NCBI GenBank assembly: GCA_016618085.1
Contig: JABLTG010000042.1
Span: 62,001-116,748 of the forward strand
Length of the DNA: 54,748 nucleotides
From: Neovahlkampfia damariscottae
Lineage: Eukaryota
Direction: 5' to 3'
Part shown: positions 12,575 to 23,462 of the stretch, in pieces
Layout: each line of letters opens with the position of its first letter
Numbering within the stretch: position 1 is the first letter of the stretch
Made by a program: the position numbers and the translations under genes
Notes under the pieces: generated by a model
Told to the model about the DNA's origin: nothing
The model's database searches: none
The model's input: the letters and a program-made list of their open reading frames with translations, nothing else

Positions 12575-13820
12575 TTAATCTAAAGGAATATTTTCAAGTG
12601 AAGATGTTTTATCAATATTATCTGATATTTCTATATTTTTTCTCAAAGAATCTTTTTTAAAATCATCCATTTCTTTTTCACCACCAGGGAGAGTAGTTGA
12701 ATTAAATTCTTCATTTACATCATTTACAATCCAATTTGTTATTTCTTCACCTCTCCAATAATCACCAAATATACCATCTTTACCATATACTTTATCTTTT
12801 AATCCATATCCAAAATTTCTAACAACCCAAATTCCAATAAAAATCATTGATAGTCTAATCACTAAAAATACAAGACAAAATAATGTGATAAGAATCTTTG
12901 CTTCTAATGGATCTTCATAATATGGATTAATTAATGGATCACCAATTGCCCAAATGACAACTATTTGATAAACTGCATGAATAGGTAATACAAAATTCCA
13001 CAACATGTATGGAATTTGTATTATTTTTAATTCTCTCCTAACACCAAAATAAATTGAAATTGGTGCTAAAATAACTGTTAATACTAATTCAATTGATGTT
13101 AAAACAGTTGTTATTTGATTTTGTATTTCTCCTAAATCTAACATAAATAATTTGATTAACACTAATACAAGTGCACTCTCTAAATCTAATCTCATTATTG
13201 TTGTATAAATTTGATAGACTCTAAATGATTCTAAGAAGAAAATTAGGAATAAAAAATGTGAATAAACTTAATTATTTAGAATGAGTGAATATCTCTTACC
13301 TTTTTAATTGTGGTGATGTTCCAACAATTCGAAATATTTTCCATTTGAAACTCCTAAATACAGGTATGGCAACAATAAATTGAAAAAATTGAATAGTACA
13401 ATAAAGTGGTAAAAACATTGAAAACCACTAAAATTAATGAACTGGTCAATATTATTGAACAACACTTACTTTTGGTTCTTCAGAATCAGTTAAAATATTG
13501 ATTCTAATAAATTGAAATGCAGAACGAAATCTAATAATATTTACTTTAAATTATTATGTTTACATGACTATGATTGACATAAATATAAATCCAAGAAATT
13601 TATATTCGTTTCCTTTAATTATAGCTTCAAATGATAAAAATCCAATAGAAAGACAACCTAATATCATAATAGCACTAGATATTTGTTTGGAGTAAGATGG
13701 ATCCGGATTTGATGCATTATAAAATAATGAAACTGTTTGACTCACCATCATTGTGAGTAATTGTAGTGAAGTGAAAAATATGAATAATATGAACCAAAAT
13801 TTAGAAAATTTCTGTTTCAT
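12575..13820 (-). CDS. Multi-pass membrane protein resembling the fungal/protist UPF0658 family; contains candidate stwintron 13231-13300
   Basis: Multiple TM helices; spliced FRSFKWKIFRIVGTSPQLKKSFRVYQIYTTIMRLD resembles the family motif as I recall it (FGWxxYKxxGADxxxKxMYxxYQIFxxLLKxD). Confidence 0.65.
13231..13300 (-). other. Candidate [D1,2] spliceosomal twin intron (internal 13299-13267, external G13300 + 13266-13231)
   Basis: exon AAA A | G [GTAAGAG...TTAAG, 33 nt] TTTATTC...CTTAG (37 nt reconstituted) | AA TCA; restores the reading frame. Confidence 0.6.
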
Positions 13821-13998
13821 AATCAATTAGTTGATTCAGTATTTACCTTCCTTTGTTTTTTTTTGTGTTTCAGATTTTTCATGTTGTTCTAATTGGTCAA
13901 AAAGAGTATCTAAATTTGTTTATAAAATTGACAGACAGAAGAAATTTAAACTGAATGCAGAATGTAACAGAATTCAACTGTGTAAAATCATCCAATCA

Positions 13999-15100
13999 AT
14001 GTCTTCAAAAGTTCCGTCTTTTGAAGGTGTGAAAGAAGCTTATGAAAGAATAAAAAGTATTGTTCACAAAACACCAATTCTAACATGTGAATCACTTAAT
14101 GAAATTGCTTCTGAGAATTGTTGTAACAAAAGAAAACTATTTTTCAAATGTGAAAATTTTCAAAAAGGTAAATCACAGCATTCCTATTAAAGTATTCAGT
14201 TGGTGCCTTCAAATTTCGTGGTTTGAATTTTCATTTTATTTTATTCAAAAGGTGCTTGTAATGCTGTATTTTCACTTTCTGATGAGGACTCAAAAAAAGG
14301 GGTGATTACTCATTCATCAGGTAACTTTGCTCAAGCATTGAGCTTAGCAGCAAAAATTAAATGTATTCCTGCTCATATTATAATGCCTTCAAATTCACCA
14401 TCAGTTAAAAAGAATGCTGTTCAAGATTCTTATAAAGGAATTGTTTATGAATGTTCACCAGATGTGAACGACAGAGAAATTTTGTGCAAAAAAATACAAA
14501 AAGAAACAGGTTCAATAATGTTACACTCGTATAACCATATTGATATAATACATGGACAAGGAACAATTGCAGTTGAATTGATGGAACAAATGGGCAGTAA
14601 TGGAAAATATAACTTTGATACTTTATTATCTCCTATTGGTGGTGGTGGACTCATGTCTGGACTTTGTGTTGGTTTGCATGGTTTTGATGATAGCATAAAT
14701 ATTTATGGTGCTGAACCGAAAGATGGTGATGATGCAAAACGTTCACTAGAATCTAATAAATTAATTAAAAATGAAAAAACACCAAATACCATTGCTGATG
14801 GTTTATTAACAAATCGTACATTTCTTTATGTTTTTAATTTTCATTTAAATAGTTGGATCATTGACTTGGCCAATCATTCAAAAACATGTTAAAGATATTT
14901 TTACTGTTTCGGATGATGAAATTTTAAAAGCAATGAAATTAGTTTATGAAAGAATGAAAATAGTCATTGAACCTTCTTCTGCTGTAGCAATTGCTGTTGT
15001 TTTATGGAACGAAAAATTTAAAAAAATAAAAGAGGTGAAAGATATTGTAATTGTGATATCTGGAGGAAATGTAGATTTAAGTAAAATCTCATTCAAATAA
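13999..15100 (+). CDS. Serine racemase / threonine dehydratase-family PLP enzyme (3 introns)
   Basis: KCENFQKVGAFKFRGACNA, HSSGNFAQAL, GQGTIAVE, IGGGGLMSG, IEPSSAV, ISGGNVD. Confidence 0.93.
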
Positions 15101-15103
15101 AAG

Positions 15104-15586
15104 TTAATTTCCATACCATTTTATTTCACTTTCAAAAAGACAATCCTCTAATTTTTTGGATTCATTTTTAATCTTTCTTTTAAACATTTCAACTTCTTCT
15201 CTTGATTGTTTTCCACCACCAACCCGAATTAAGACATCAATATAATCAATAAAAGTCTGACTTTCATCGCCAAAATCTTTTCCAACAATAATTTCTTTGT
15301 TGACTTCAAAAACACCTCTTTTCACAAATTTGGCTCTGGTTGGGGCAATTCCAATAGTTTTATATTTCATAGTCAGAGCATATTCATAAGATAATTTTGG
15401 AATTCCTTGATTAGTCAATCCAGAAACCTGATAAATGAATAAGTAAAACAATATTACGATTTCCACTTCCTTTGGTTTATAAAAAGACACCATTTTTGAA
15501 ATTAACAAATCAATATTTTCAATTGCCTCTTTTTTGTCATATTTTTCTCTTGAAAATCCAACAACACCAATTTTCAACAACTTCAT
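15104..15586 (-). CDS. SLOG (Smf/DprA-LOG) superfamily-like protein; in-frame 30-nt intron
   Basis: KIGVVGFS, VSGLTNQGIP, IGIAP, FGDES, LIRVGGGKQSREE resemble the SLOG fold motif order. Confidence 0.55.
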   Translation of the reverse strand: MKLLKIGVVGFSREKYDKKEAIENIDLLISKMVSFYKPKEVEIVILFYLFIYQVSGLTNQGIPKLSYEYALTMKYKTIGIAPTRAKFVKRGVFEVNKEIIVGKDFGDESQTFIDYIDVLIRVGGGKQSREEVEMFKRKIKNESKKLEDCLFESEIKWYGN

Positions 15587-15764
15587 TGTAGAAATGTCAA
15601 GTCATTAAAAAAAAAAGGTAAGTGATTGGATGAAAAAAAAAGAAACAAATTTTTTAGAAAATAACTAGTTTTTGAGAAACAACCGTTTTCTTGATTTTAA
15701 AAAACAAAAAAAAATAATCCAATCATATTTAACTTTGACTCAGCCTGTACTTTTGACAAGCGTG

Positions 15765-17343
15765 ATGAGTACAAAAACGTTTCCTTACAAAGGTGGGCAA
15801 TACGAAGGTGAGGCTGCTGGAAAAACACCACATGGTACAGGAACGATAAAATACCCTACAGGTAAGAAATAAATCTCAAAAAAAAATTAATCCTAAAAAA
15901 AAAGGTGACTCATACACAGGACCTTGGAAATTTGGTGTTGCTCACGGAAATAATGGAACTTTTTTGTTAGAAAAAGGAAAAGCAAAATATCAAGGAGACA
16001 TGTTAAATGGAACAATGACAGGAAAAGGAAGCTACACTTTTGCAAACGGTGATTTTTATGAAGGAGAATGGTTAGACGGAAAATTTCATGGTCATGGAAT
16101 GTACAAATCTTCAAACGGTGATTTTTACACAGGTGAATGGGTTGCTAACACAAAACAAGGTATGGGTTCTTATCAAAGTGTTGAAACCCAAATAAATTAT
16201 CAAGGAGACTGGTTCAACAATATGAGACATGGAAAAGGTATTGAAAATATACCAAACAAAGGAAAATATGAAGGTTATTGGGTTGATGGTGTCAGACACG
16301 GAAAAGGTGTTTTTACAGATTCAACAATAAAAAAGAAAAGCTCTGGTAGCACATCCAATGTCATGTCAAGTAAAAAAATAATATTCTAACATATTTCAAA
16401 AAAAAAAATAGATTTGACTTTATTAATTTATCAAAATGGAAAATTACTTGAAGAAAAAAATGTCGAAAAAGTACCTTTCCTTGAAGCACCTGTAGAATTG
16501 AATCTTATTTCACAAGAAGAGGAAGATGAATTTTTGAAAGGTGAAGAAATTTCAGATGAAGATGAAGAATTGATGAAAACATTTACAACAGCAATTATCA
16601 ATATGAAAGAAAGAACATGGACAAATGTACAAGAAGCATTTATTAATATTTCTGACATTAATATGGAACTAAAATTATGGAAAGAAAAATTAAAAGTTGA
16701 AGAAGATGTTTCAGAGATAAAAAAACAATCAGATGAATTGGATAAAAAGATTGAATCATTAGAAGCACTTTCAGATTCAGAAAATATTGAAGAAATTCAA
16801 AAAGCATTAAAAGAATATGATATAGATGTAACTGATTTAGATTTAGATCGTACAAATATGAAATTAGCTGTTAAAATTGCAGAATTAAATAATCAAAAAG
16901 ATGAATTTCAACCAAAATTAGAAAAATCAAAAGATATTGAAGAAACAATTAGAATCATTGAAAAGAAATTATCAAATACAAATAATAGTATCACAACAAC
17001 AAGTAATATGTTAATGAATTATGCTGCAACAGGTGTTTTTCAAGTTGATCCAATGCATTCTTCTCATCCAAAATTAGTTGAAATTATTCATACACTTTTT
17101 ACAAAAATAAGAAAACTTCAACAAAAACAATTCAATCTATTCTTGGAAGGAAAAGAATCTGAAACTATTACTTTAATTTTATCAAAGGCTGTTTCAGAAT
17201 TTATTAAAGATGTCATGGCAAATGAACAAAGTTTCACAGAAAATCATGTTGATTGTGAAAAAATAATTGTTAAAGCAAGAGATCTTAAATCAATGGTTGA
17301 AAAGAAAAAAAGAAGTGACGAAGCAAAACAATTATTGAAATAA
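15765..17343 (+). CDS. MORN-repeat protein with C-terminal coiled coil (2 introns)
   Basis: Repeated YEGEWxDGKxHGxG MORN motifs. Confidence 0.9.
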
Positions 17344-17430
17344 AACTTTTTAAAATAAAAAATAATTTATTTTTTTTTCTTGCTCCAATTAAAATCACCA
17401 AAAAAAAGGGACTGACCAATGACAACAAAA

Positions 17431-18611
17431 ATGAAAATCGAAGAAACAAACAAGAATTTGGAAGAAAAAGAACAAAAAAGTACTTCTAAATTAGACCTTG
17501 AATTAATAAAATCAAGACAAAAATTTATAAAAGATGAAATTGACAACGTAGAAAATTTGAAAAAAGAAATATCAAATAAATCAGCAAAATTAAAAGAAGA
17601 TTTATTGAAATTAGTCAAAGAAGTTAGTGATAAAAATGATATTACCATCAACAATTATGAAAAAGAGCTTAAACAAGATATTGAAACTCTTAATCTTGAA
17701 CAAAAAGCGAGTTCAATGAAAGAAATTTTAGAAAAAGCAAAAAAAGCAGAAACTGTATTAAATAAAAAAACTATTCCATTCACTGTACATGGAGATATTA
17801 ATAAAATTAGTTCTGATATTACTAAAATACTAGAAGATAATTTTAAAGCCGAAAAAGTATCAAATATTCAATCAGTGTCAAAAAGTCAATTACAAATTAA
17901 ACTCAACACTGAATTTTCACCACTTTTTACATTCTTTGGAATTGAACCTTCTGATAACTTTTTAAAAGATTACATCAAACTTTATAAATATTCAAAAGAA
18001 GAAATTAATTTTACAGAACATATTTTAAAATATATTTTTGATTATTATGATAAAGTAAAATAGAAAATATCTTTAAATTTTTATAAAAGGATGGAAATGG
18101 TACAATTGATAAAATTGAACTTAAATGTTTAATTGATGATTTCTTTGGTAGTATTGCTCCAAGATCAATCATAAAAATGAATGAATTATCTGAAGAATTA
18201 AAAGATAAATTACAAAAGACATGTAGATTTTTAGGAAAAGAAAAAACTACAGAAGCACTTGAAAAGTATGAAGAAGAAATAAAAAAAGAGACATCACCAA
18301 ATAATGTAATACCAAAAAATATTGAATCAATTGATGAAACATTTAAAAAAATTGATACAGATCAAAGTGGAACAATTGATTTTAATGAATTTAAAATATA
18401 TTTTACTCAACAAATAAAACATATGGAAGATGAATTTAAATCAATTGACAAAGAATCAAGGGCAAAATTGAAATCTTTCATTTCCGATATTTATATTTTG
18501 TCTGGGGAAACTTTTGATGATTCAGATTTTGATAATGATTTTGAAGAATCAGATGATGATGATGAATCGTATGTAGGGAGTGAGGAATCAGATTATGATT
18601 ATTATAAATAA
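17431..18611 (+). CDS. Coiled-coil + EF-hand protein, paralog 1 (1 intron)
   Basis: Spliced YDKDGNGTIDKIEL and IDTDQSGTIDFNEF EF-hands. Confidence 0.85.
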
Positions 18612-18686
18612 AATTGAAAATAAATAATTCCCGAAATATTTTTAATTGGTCAGTTAATTTTTCATCTGTTTGCAATTGGTTGAGAA

Positions 18687-19837
18687 ATGAGCGAAGAAAA
18701 AGTTGATGTTTTAGAAATAAAAAAAGAAGAAATTGAAAAAGAAGTAGAGAAGGTGAAAGAAATTAAAAACAAAATTGATGAAGAAGCTGAAAAATTAAAA
18801 TTAGGACTACTTCAACTTATCAAAGAGAGTAAAGAAAAGAATTTAAAATCAATTGAAAATTATGAAACTATTTTAAAAAAAGAATTAGAAATTCTTGATC
18901 CCAATCAAACTGCTTCAAATTTTAACGAAATTTTAGAAAAAGCAGAAAAAGTTGAAAATGTACTTTTAAAAGAAAGAAAAGAATATCAAATTAAAAGTTT
19001 TGATAATTTTAAAAAGTCAATTAAAAAATCAATTGAAGATAACTTTCAAATTGAAGAAGAATCAAAAATAGATAAATCCCGTAGAGTTCATCGAAAAATT
19101 AAATTGGAGTTTCATCCCATTCTTATTTTTTTTGATATTGTACCATCAAATAACTTCGCACAAGATTTTGCTAAACTAAAAGATATTGTTACTAAAGATG
19201 AAGATTTTTTTGATAGAGTAGCAAAATATATTTTCAATTATTATGATAAAGTAAGTACAGTAGAAAATATAACGATTGGAAATAGGATAAAAATGGAAAA
19301 ATAGATAAAAAAGAATTGAAAGTTTTATTAAGTGATGTTTCAGATCTTATATTTCCAAAAATGAAATCAGAATTTCATTCTTTAGTCAACAAACTTGAAG
19401 GAGAAACAAAAAAAACTATTTCAAAGTTTTTTACAGACGAAATGGATCAAATTAAAGAAGTTAAAGAAATTAAAAATTCTATTAAAGAAGTCAAAGGTAG
19501 TTTAAAAACAATAGAAGATGAATTTTCAACAGAACTCACTTCAACTATGAATGAAGAATCACTTGAAGAAACATTTGATGAAATTGATGAAGATGGAAGT
19601 GGATCTATTGATTTTGAAGAATTTAAGGTAAACTACGAGTTATTGTTTCATTAATTAAAAAAATAGAATTATTTTAAAATGCAAACAAAAGGAATAAATC
19701 AAGCTTTAAGTGAATTTAAATTTGAAACAGATGGAATGATTGATTCTGTTTTAAAAGAAATTGAATTCTTTGGAAATGAAATAAAAAATGGAAATTTAAG
19801 TGAAACAGACTCTGATAAGAGTTATTCATTTTTATAA
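18687..19837 (+). CDS. Coiled-coil + EF-hand protein, paralog 2 (tandem duplicate; 2 introns)
   Basis: YDKDKNGKIDKKEL and IDEDGSGSIDFEEF; same architecture and same intron position after YDK as 17431-18611. Confidence 0.85.
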
Positions 19838-19852
19838 ATAAAAAATTAACTT

Positions 19853-20482
19853 TTATAAAAGTGAACAATCTTTTTTCTTTGGTTTTTTTGATGGGTCTGG
19901 AGTTCTATTTTTTAAAATTTCTTCCAAAGCAACGTTGAATACTTGTTCTAAATTTTCGGATGTTCTTGCACTACATTCAACATATTCAATTGCATAAATT
20001 TCTTTTTGTAATTTTTTGCCATCTTCTTCAGTCAATGGACTCTTATTTTGTTTCTCTAAATTTTTTAAAGTTTTTTCGTCTTTTCTCAAATCAGTTTTTG
20101 TTCCAACAAGTATCATCGGTGTATCTGGGCAATGATGCCTGATTTCAGGTGCCCATTTCGTTGAAACATTAGTATAACTCGTTCCATCTATTACAGAATA
20201 ACAAATGATAAAACAGTCAGTATTCGGATAACTTAAAGGACGTAATCTGTCATAATCTTCTTGTCCTGCAGTATCCCATAATCCAAGCGATACCGTTTGT
20301 TTATTTATATTCACATTGGTATTATAACTCATTTGTTAAAAAAAAAAAGAAAAAGTTTACTTTTCGAAAACTGTTGGGATATAGTCCTCTGGAAATGACT
20401 TACAACTGTACACGATGAGCATACATGTCTTTCCAACAGCACCATCACCTACAACTACAATCTTGTAATTTTCATCAGTCAT
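19853..20482 (-). CDS. Rho-family (Rac-like) small GTPase (1 intron with GAG acceptor)
   Basis: [41 protein letters not shown]-terminal CSLL. Confidence 0.96.
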
Positions 20483-20661
20483 TTTCTGTTAAGCTTTATT
20501 ATTGGACAATAATTTTTTCAGTTCATAAATATCGCCAATTGGTCACGATTCCTTTTCTCATTTTTTGAAAAAATTTACAAATTTTGAAGGAAAAATTGAA
20601 ATAAAATATTCAAAGAAAAAACTGAAATGATTGGTCGATTTATTCCGAAACAGCTTTTGCG

Positions 20662-22511
20662 ATGAAAAACATTTTTGCAGCCAAAGAAAAATGTAAAAAA
20701 TGCAACAAAACTGTTTATTTCATGGAAAAAGTATCCGCAAATGGTATCATATTCCATAGTACTTGTTTCAGTGAGAAAAAAAAAATATCCTAAAAAGTGT
20801 AGAATGTGGTGTTTGCAAAAAAAAATTGAATGTTTCAAATTATCATTTATTTGAAGGATCTCTTTATTGTAAAAATCATTATCAAGATATTCAGAAACAA
20901 GCTTTAGATAGAAAAAAAACAGTTTTTTCAAGTATCAAAGAAAACGAAAAAAGTAAAGTGATTCACTCAACTGATCATGAACCAAATGTGACAACAAAAG
21001 AAGAGGAAAAAAAACAAGAAGAAAAAAAAAAAGAAGAAAAATCAGAACTTGTACAAAAAAAAGTGAACAAGCTCTTAAAAGTTAAGAATCATCATAAAGA
21101 AGATCATATTGAAACAAATGAAGAAGAACAACCAAAAAATGAACCAAAAAAAGTTGTTGAAGAACCAGTTGATCAAAAAATTACTGTTTCACAATTAGAA
21201 GAAGAAGATTCATCAAAATTTAAAAAAACTCATGATGCAACATTTGAAAATGATTTTGAAGAAGAAGAAATGGGTATACTTCCAGAAGAAGAAGAAAAAG
21301 AAGAAGAAAAAGAAAATGACAACCAAAATCAAATTCAAAAAAAGAAAAGAAGAACAGGAATCATTATTACAACTACAAAAGAAACTTGTGAAAATGGATT
21401 GGAAACTCCAACCATTTTTGAAAAAACTCATGATGCAACTTTTGAAAATGACATGGATGAAGAAGATATGGGTATTCTTCCTGAAAGTAATAATTTACTT
21501 GAAGATTCAAATTTAGAAATGATTGAATCAAAAGATGAAACTAAAGAAATAGATAATGTTGAATCAAAAGAAGAAAATGTTGAAGATAGTGTAAATTCAA
21601 ATACAGAAGAACAACTAAACAATATTGAAGTTAAAGAACAAAATGAAATGAATGAAGAATCTGTCAAACAAGATGAAAAGGAACAAACTGAAAATGTGGA
21701 ATCAAAAATTGAAAATGAAGAAATTACAGTTGAAGAAAGTATTAAATCAAATAATGTTGAAATACAAGATGTAGATAGAAAAGAGGAGGAAGTAAATCCA
21801 AAAAAAAAAGAATATCCAATTTCAAATGAAACAGAAGAATTAATCAACTTATCAGTTCCAAATAAATTACATCAATATTGCATAGGAAAAGGAGGATCAA
21901 TAATTAAAGAAATTTCAAATAATTCAGGATGTAAATTAAATTTTGATAGTGATAATGTTGAAATTAAAGGAAATGATAAAAACAAAGCTATTGAATTAAT
22001 AATGAATACTTTATCTGAAGTAGGATGGTTCTTTGAAAATAATGAATGGGTTGAAAGAACAAAACAAGATGAACTTTGGAAAAAATATCGTGGAGAAGCA
22101 CAAAAAGAAGTTGAACTTAGAAATGAATGTTATGAAAAATCAAAAAAAGTATTTGAAGAAGGAGATAAAGAATTAGCAAAAAAATTATCAGAAGAAGGAA
22201 AAGAACATGATGAAAAATGGAAAGTATTAACAAAAGAAGCAGGAAAGAATATTTTTAATGAAATGAATCAAAATAATGATAAAAATATAATTGATTTACA
22301 TGGTTTATTTGTTGAAGAAGCAATAGAATTTGTTAAAGAAAGATTAAATGAATTAAAAGGAAATGATATTACTTTATCAATTATTACAGGTGCTGGAAAT
22401 CACTCATCTGCAGGTGCTCTTATTAAACCAAAAATACATGAATTATTGAAACAAGAAAATTTAAGTTTTACAGAAGAGAAAAATGGGCAAGTTGATGTTA
22501 AAATGAATTAA
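20662..22511 (+). CDS. LIM + acidic linker + KH + DUF1771 + Smr-domain protein (1 intron)
   Basis: CKKC..H..CFKCGVC..YCKNH (LIM); CIGKGGSIIKEI (KH GxxG); helical DUF1771-like segment; IDLHGLFVEEA...IITGAGNHS (Smr). Confidence 0.88.
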
Positions 22512-22834
22512 ATATTTAAATTTTGATCATTTTTTTTTTTTTATTCTAAACATCTTTATTGAGAAAGTTGGCATGTATTAGCTGATAATTCTTAACATTA
22601 GACGAATCAGATTTTTATTTTCTTTTTTTTGAATTGAAGAAAATGATATAGAAATCGATTGTCTACAATATTTTTGATGAGATGTTAAAAACTGGAAAGG
22701 AAACTATTATAGTCGATTCATTTGCAAGATTTAAACACTTTGAATCACTTTTTGTCTGAAATTCATCACACTTCAAAAATGAATCAAAATATCATTTTTA
22801 TTGGTTAATTTTTTATTTTACAAGTTTATTGAAC

Positions 22835-23416
22835 ATGAACACAAATGATAATGTAACACCTTCAAACAGAATTTTAGGTATAAAAATAACTGATGAACAA
22901 AAATTACAACAACAAAAAATTAGATATTATTCAAAATTGTTTTCCGAATCTTGTGTAACAAAATCAGCATTTTCTGCTGTTGCAGGTTTTGGACTTGGAG
23001 GATTCTGGGGTTTATTTACTGCTGCTCTTGATTATGGTCAGCCTAGTATTGAACAACCATTCAATAAAGTTACACCTACTTCTTCCATGAAATTTATTGA
23101 TTTTATGAAGTTTACAGGACAAAAATGTTATTTTATGGCTAAAGTAAAATTAAAATTGATTTTTGACAATATAAGTCTTTTGGTTTTGTTGGTATGATTT
23201 ATGCAGGTGTTGAATGTACAATTGAAAAAGGAAGAGGAAAACATGATTTATACAGTTCGTTTTTATTTTTTGTTTAAAACTTTTTGAAAAGATCCAATTC
23301 TAGCTGGTTGTGTAACTGGAGGAGGACTTGGAGTGATGGCTGGTCCTCAGGCTGCTGCATTTGGATGTGTTGGTTTTGCTGCATTTTCTGGATTGATAGA
23401 TTATTTTTTACAATAA
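22835..23416 (+). CDS. TIM22: Mitochondrial import inner membrane translocase Tim22 (2 introns)
   Basis: ESC..KS...GFGLGGFWGLF; spliced AKSFGFVGMIYAGVECTIEKGRGKHD.YN..LAGCVTGG...GPQAAAFGCVGFAAFS. Confidence 0.93.
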
Positions 23417-23462
23417 AATTTTTTAAAAATAAAAAACTTTTATTTTATGAAAAAACTACAAA

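Noticed and set aside
20575..20931. 118-aa minus-strand ORF
   Set aside because: Antisense to the LIM exons of the Smr gene
21213..21847. Antisense/alternative-frame ORFs (also 14445-14696, 16431-16855, 28212-28409, 31201-31615, 41762-42157 and similar)
   Set aside because: Low-complexity F/S/L/I-rich mirror translations of real genes
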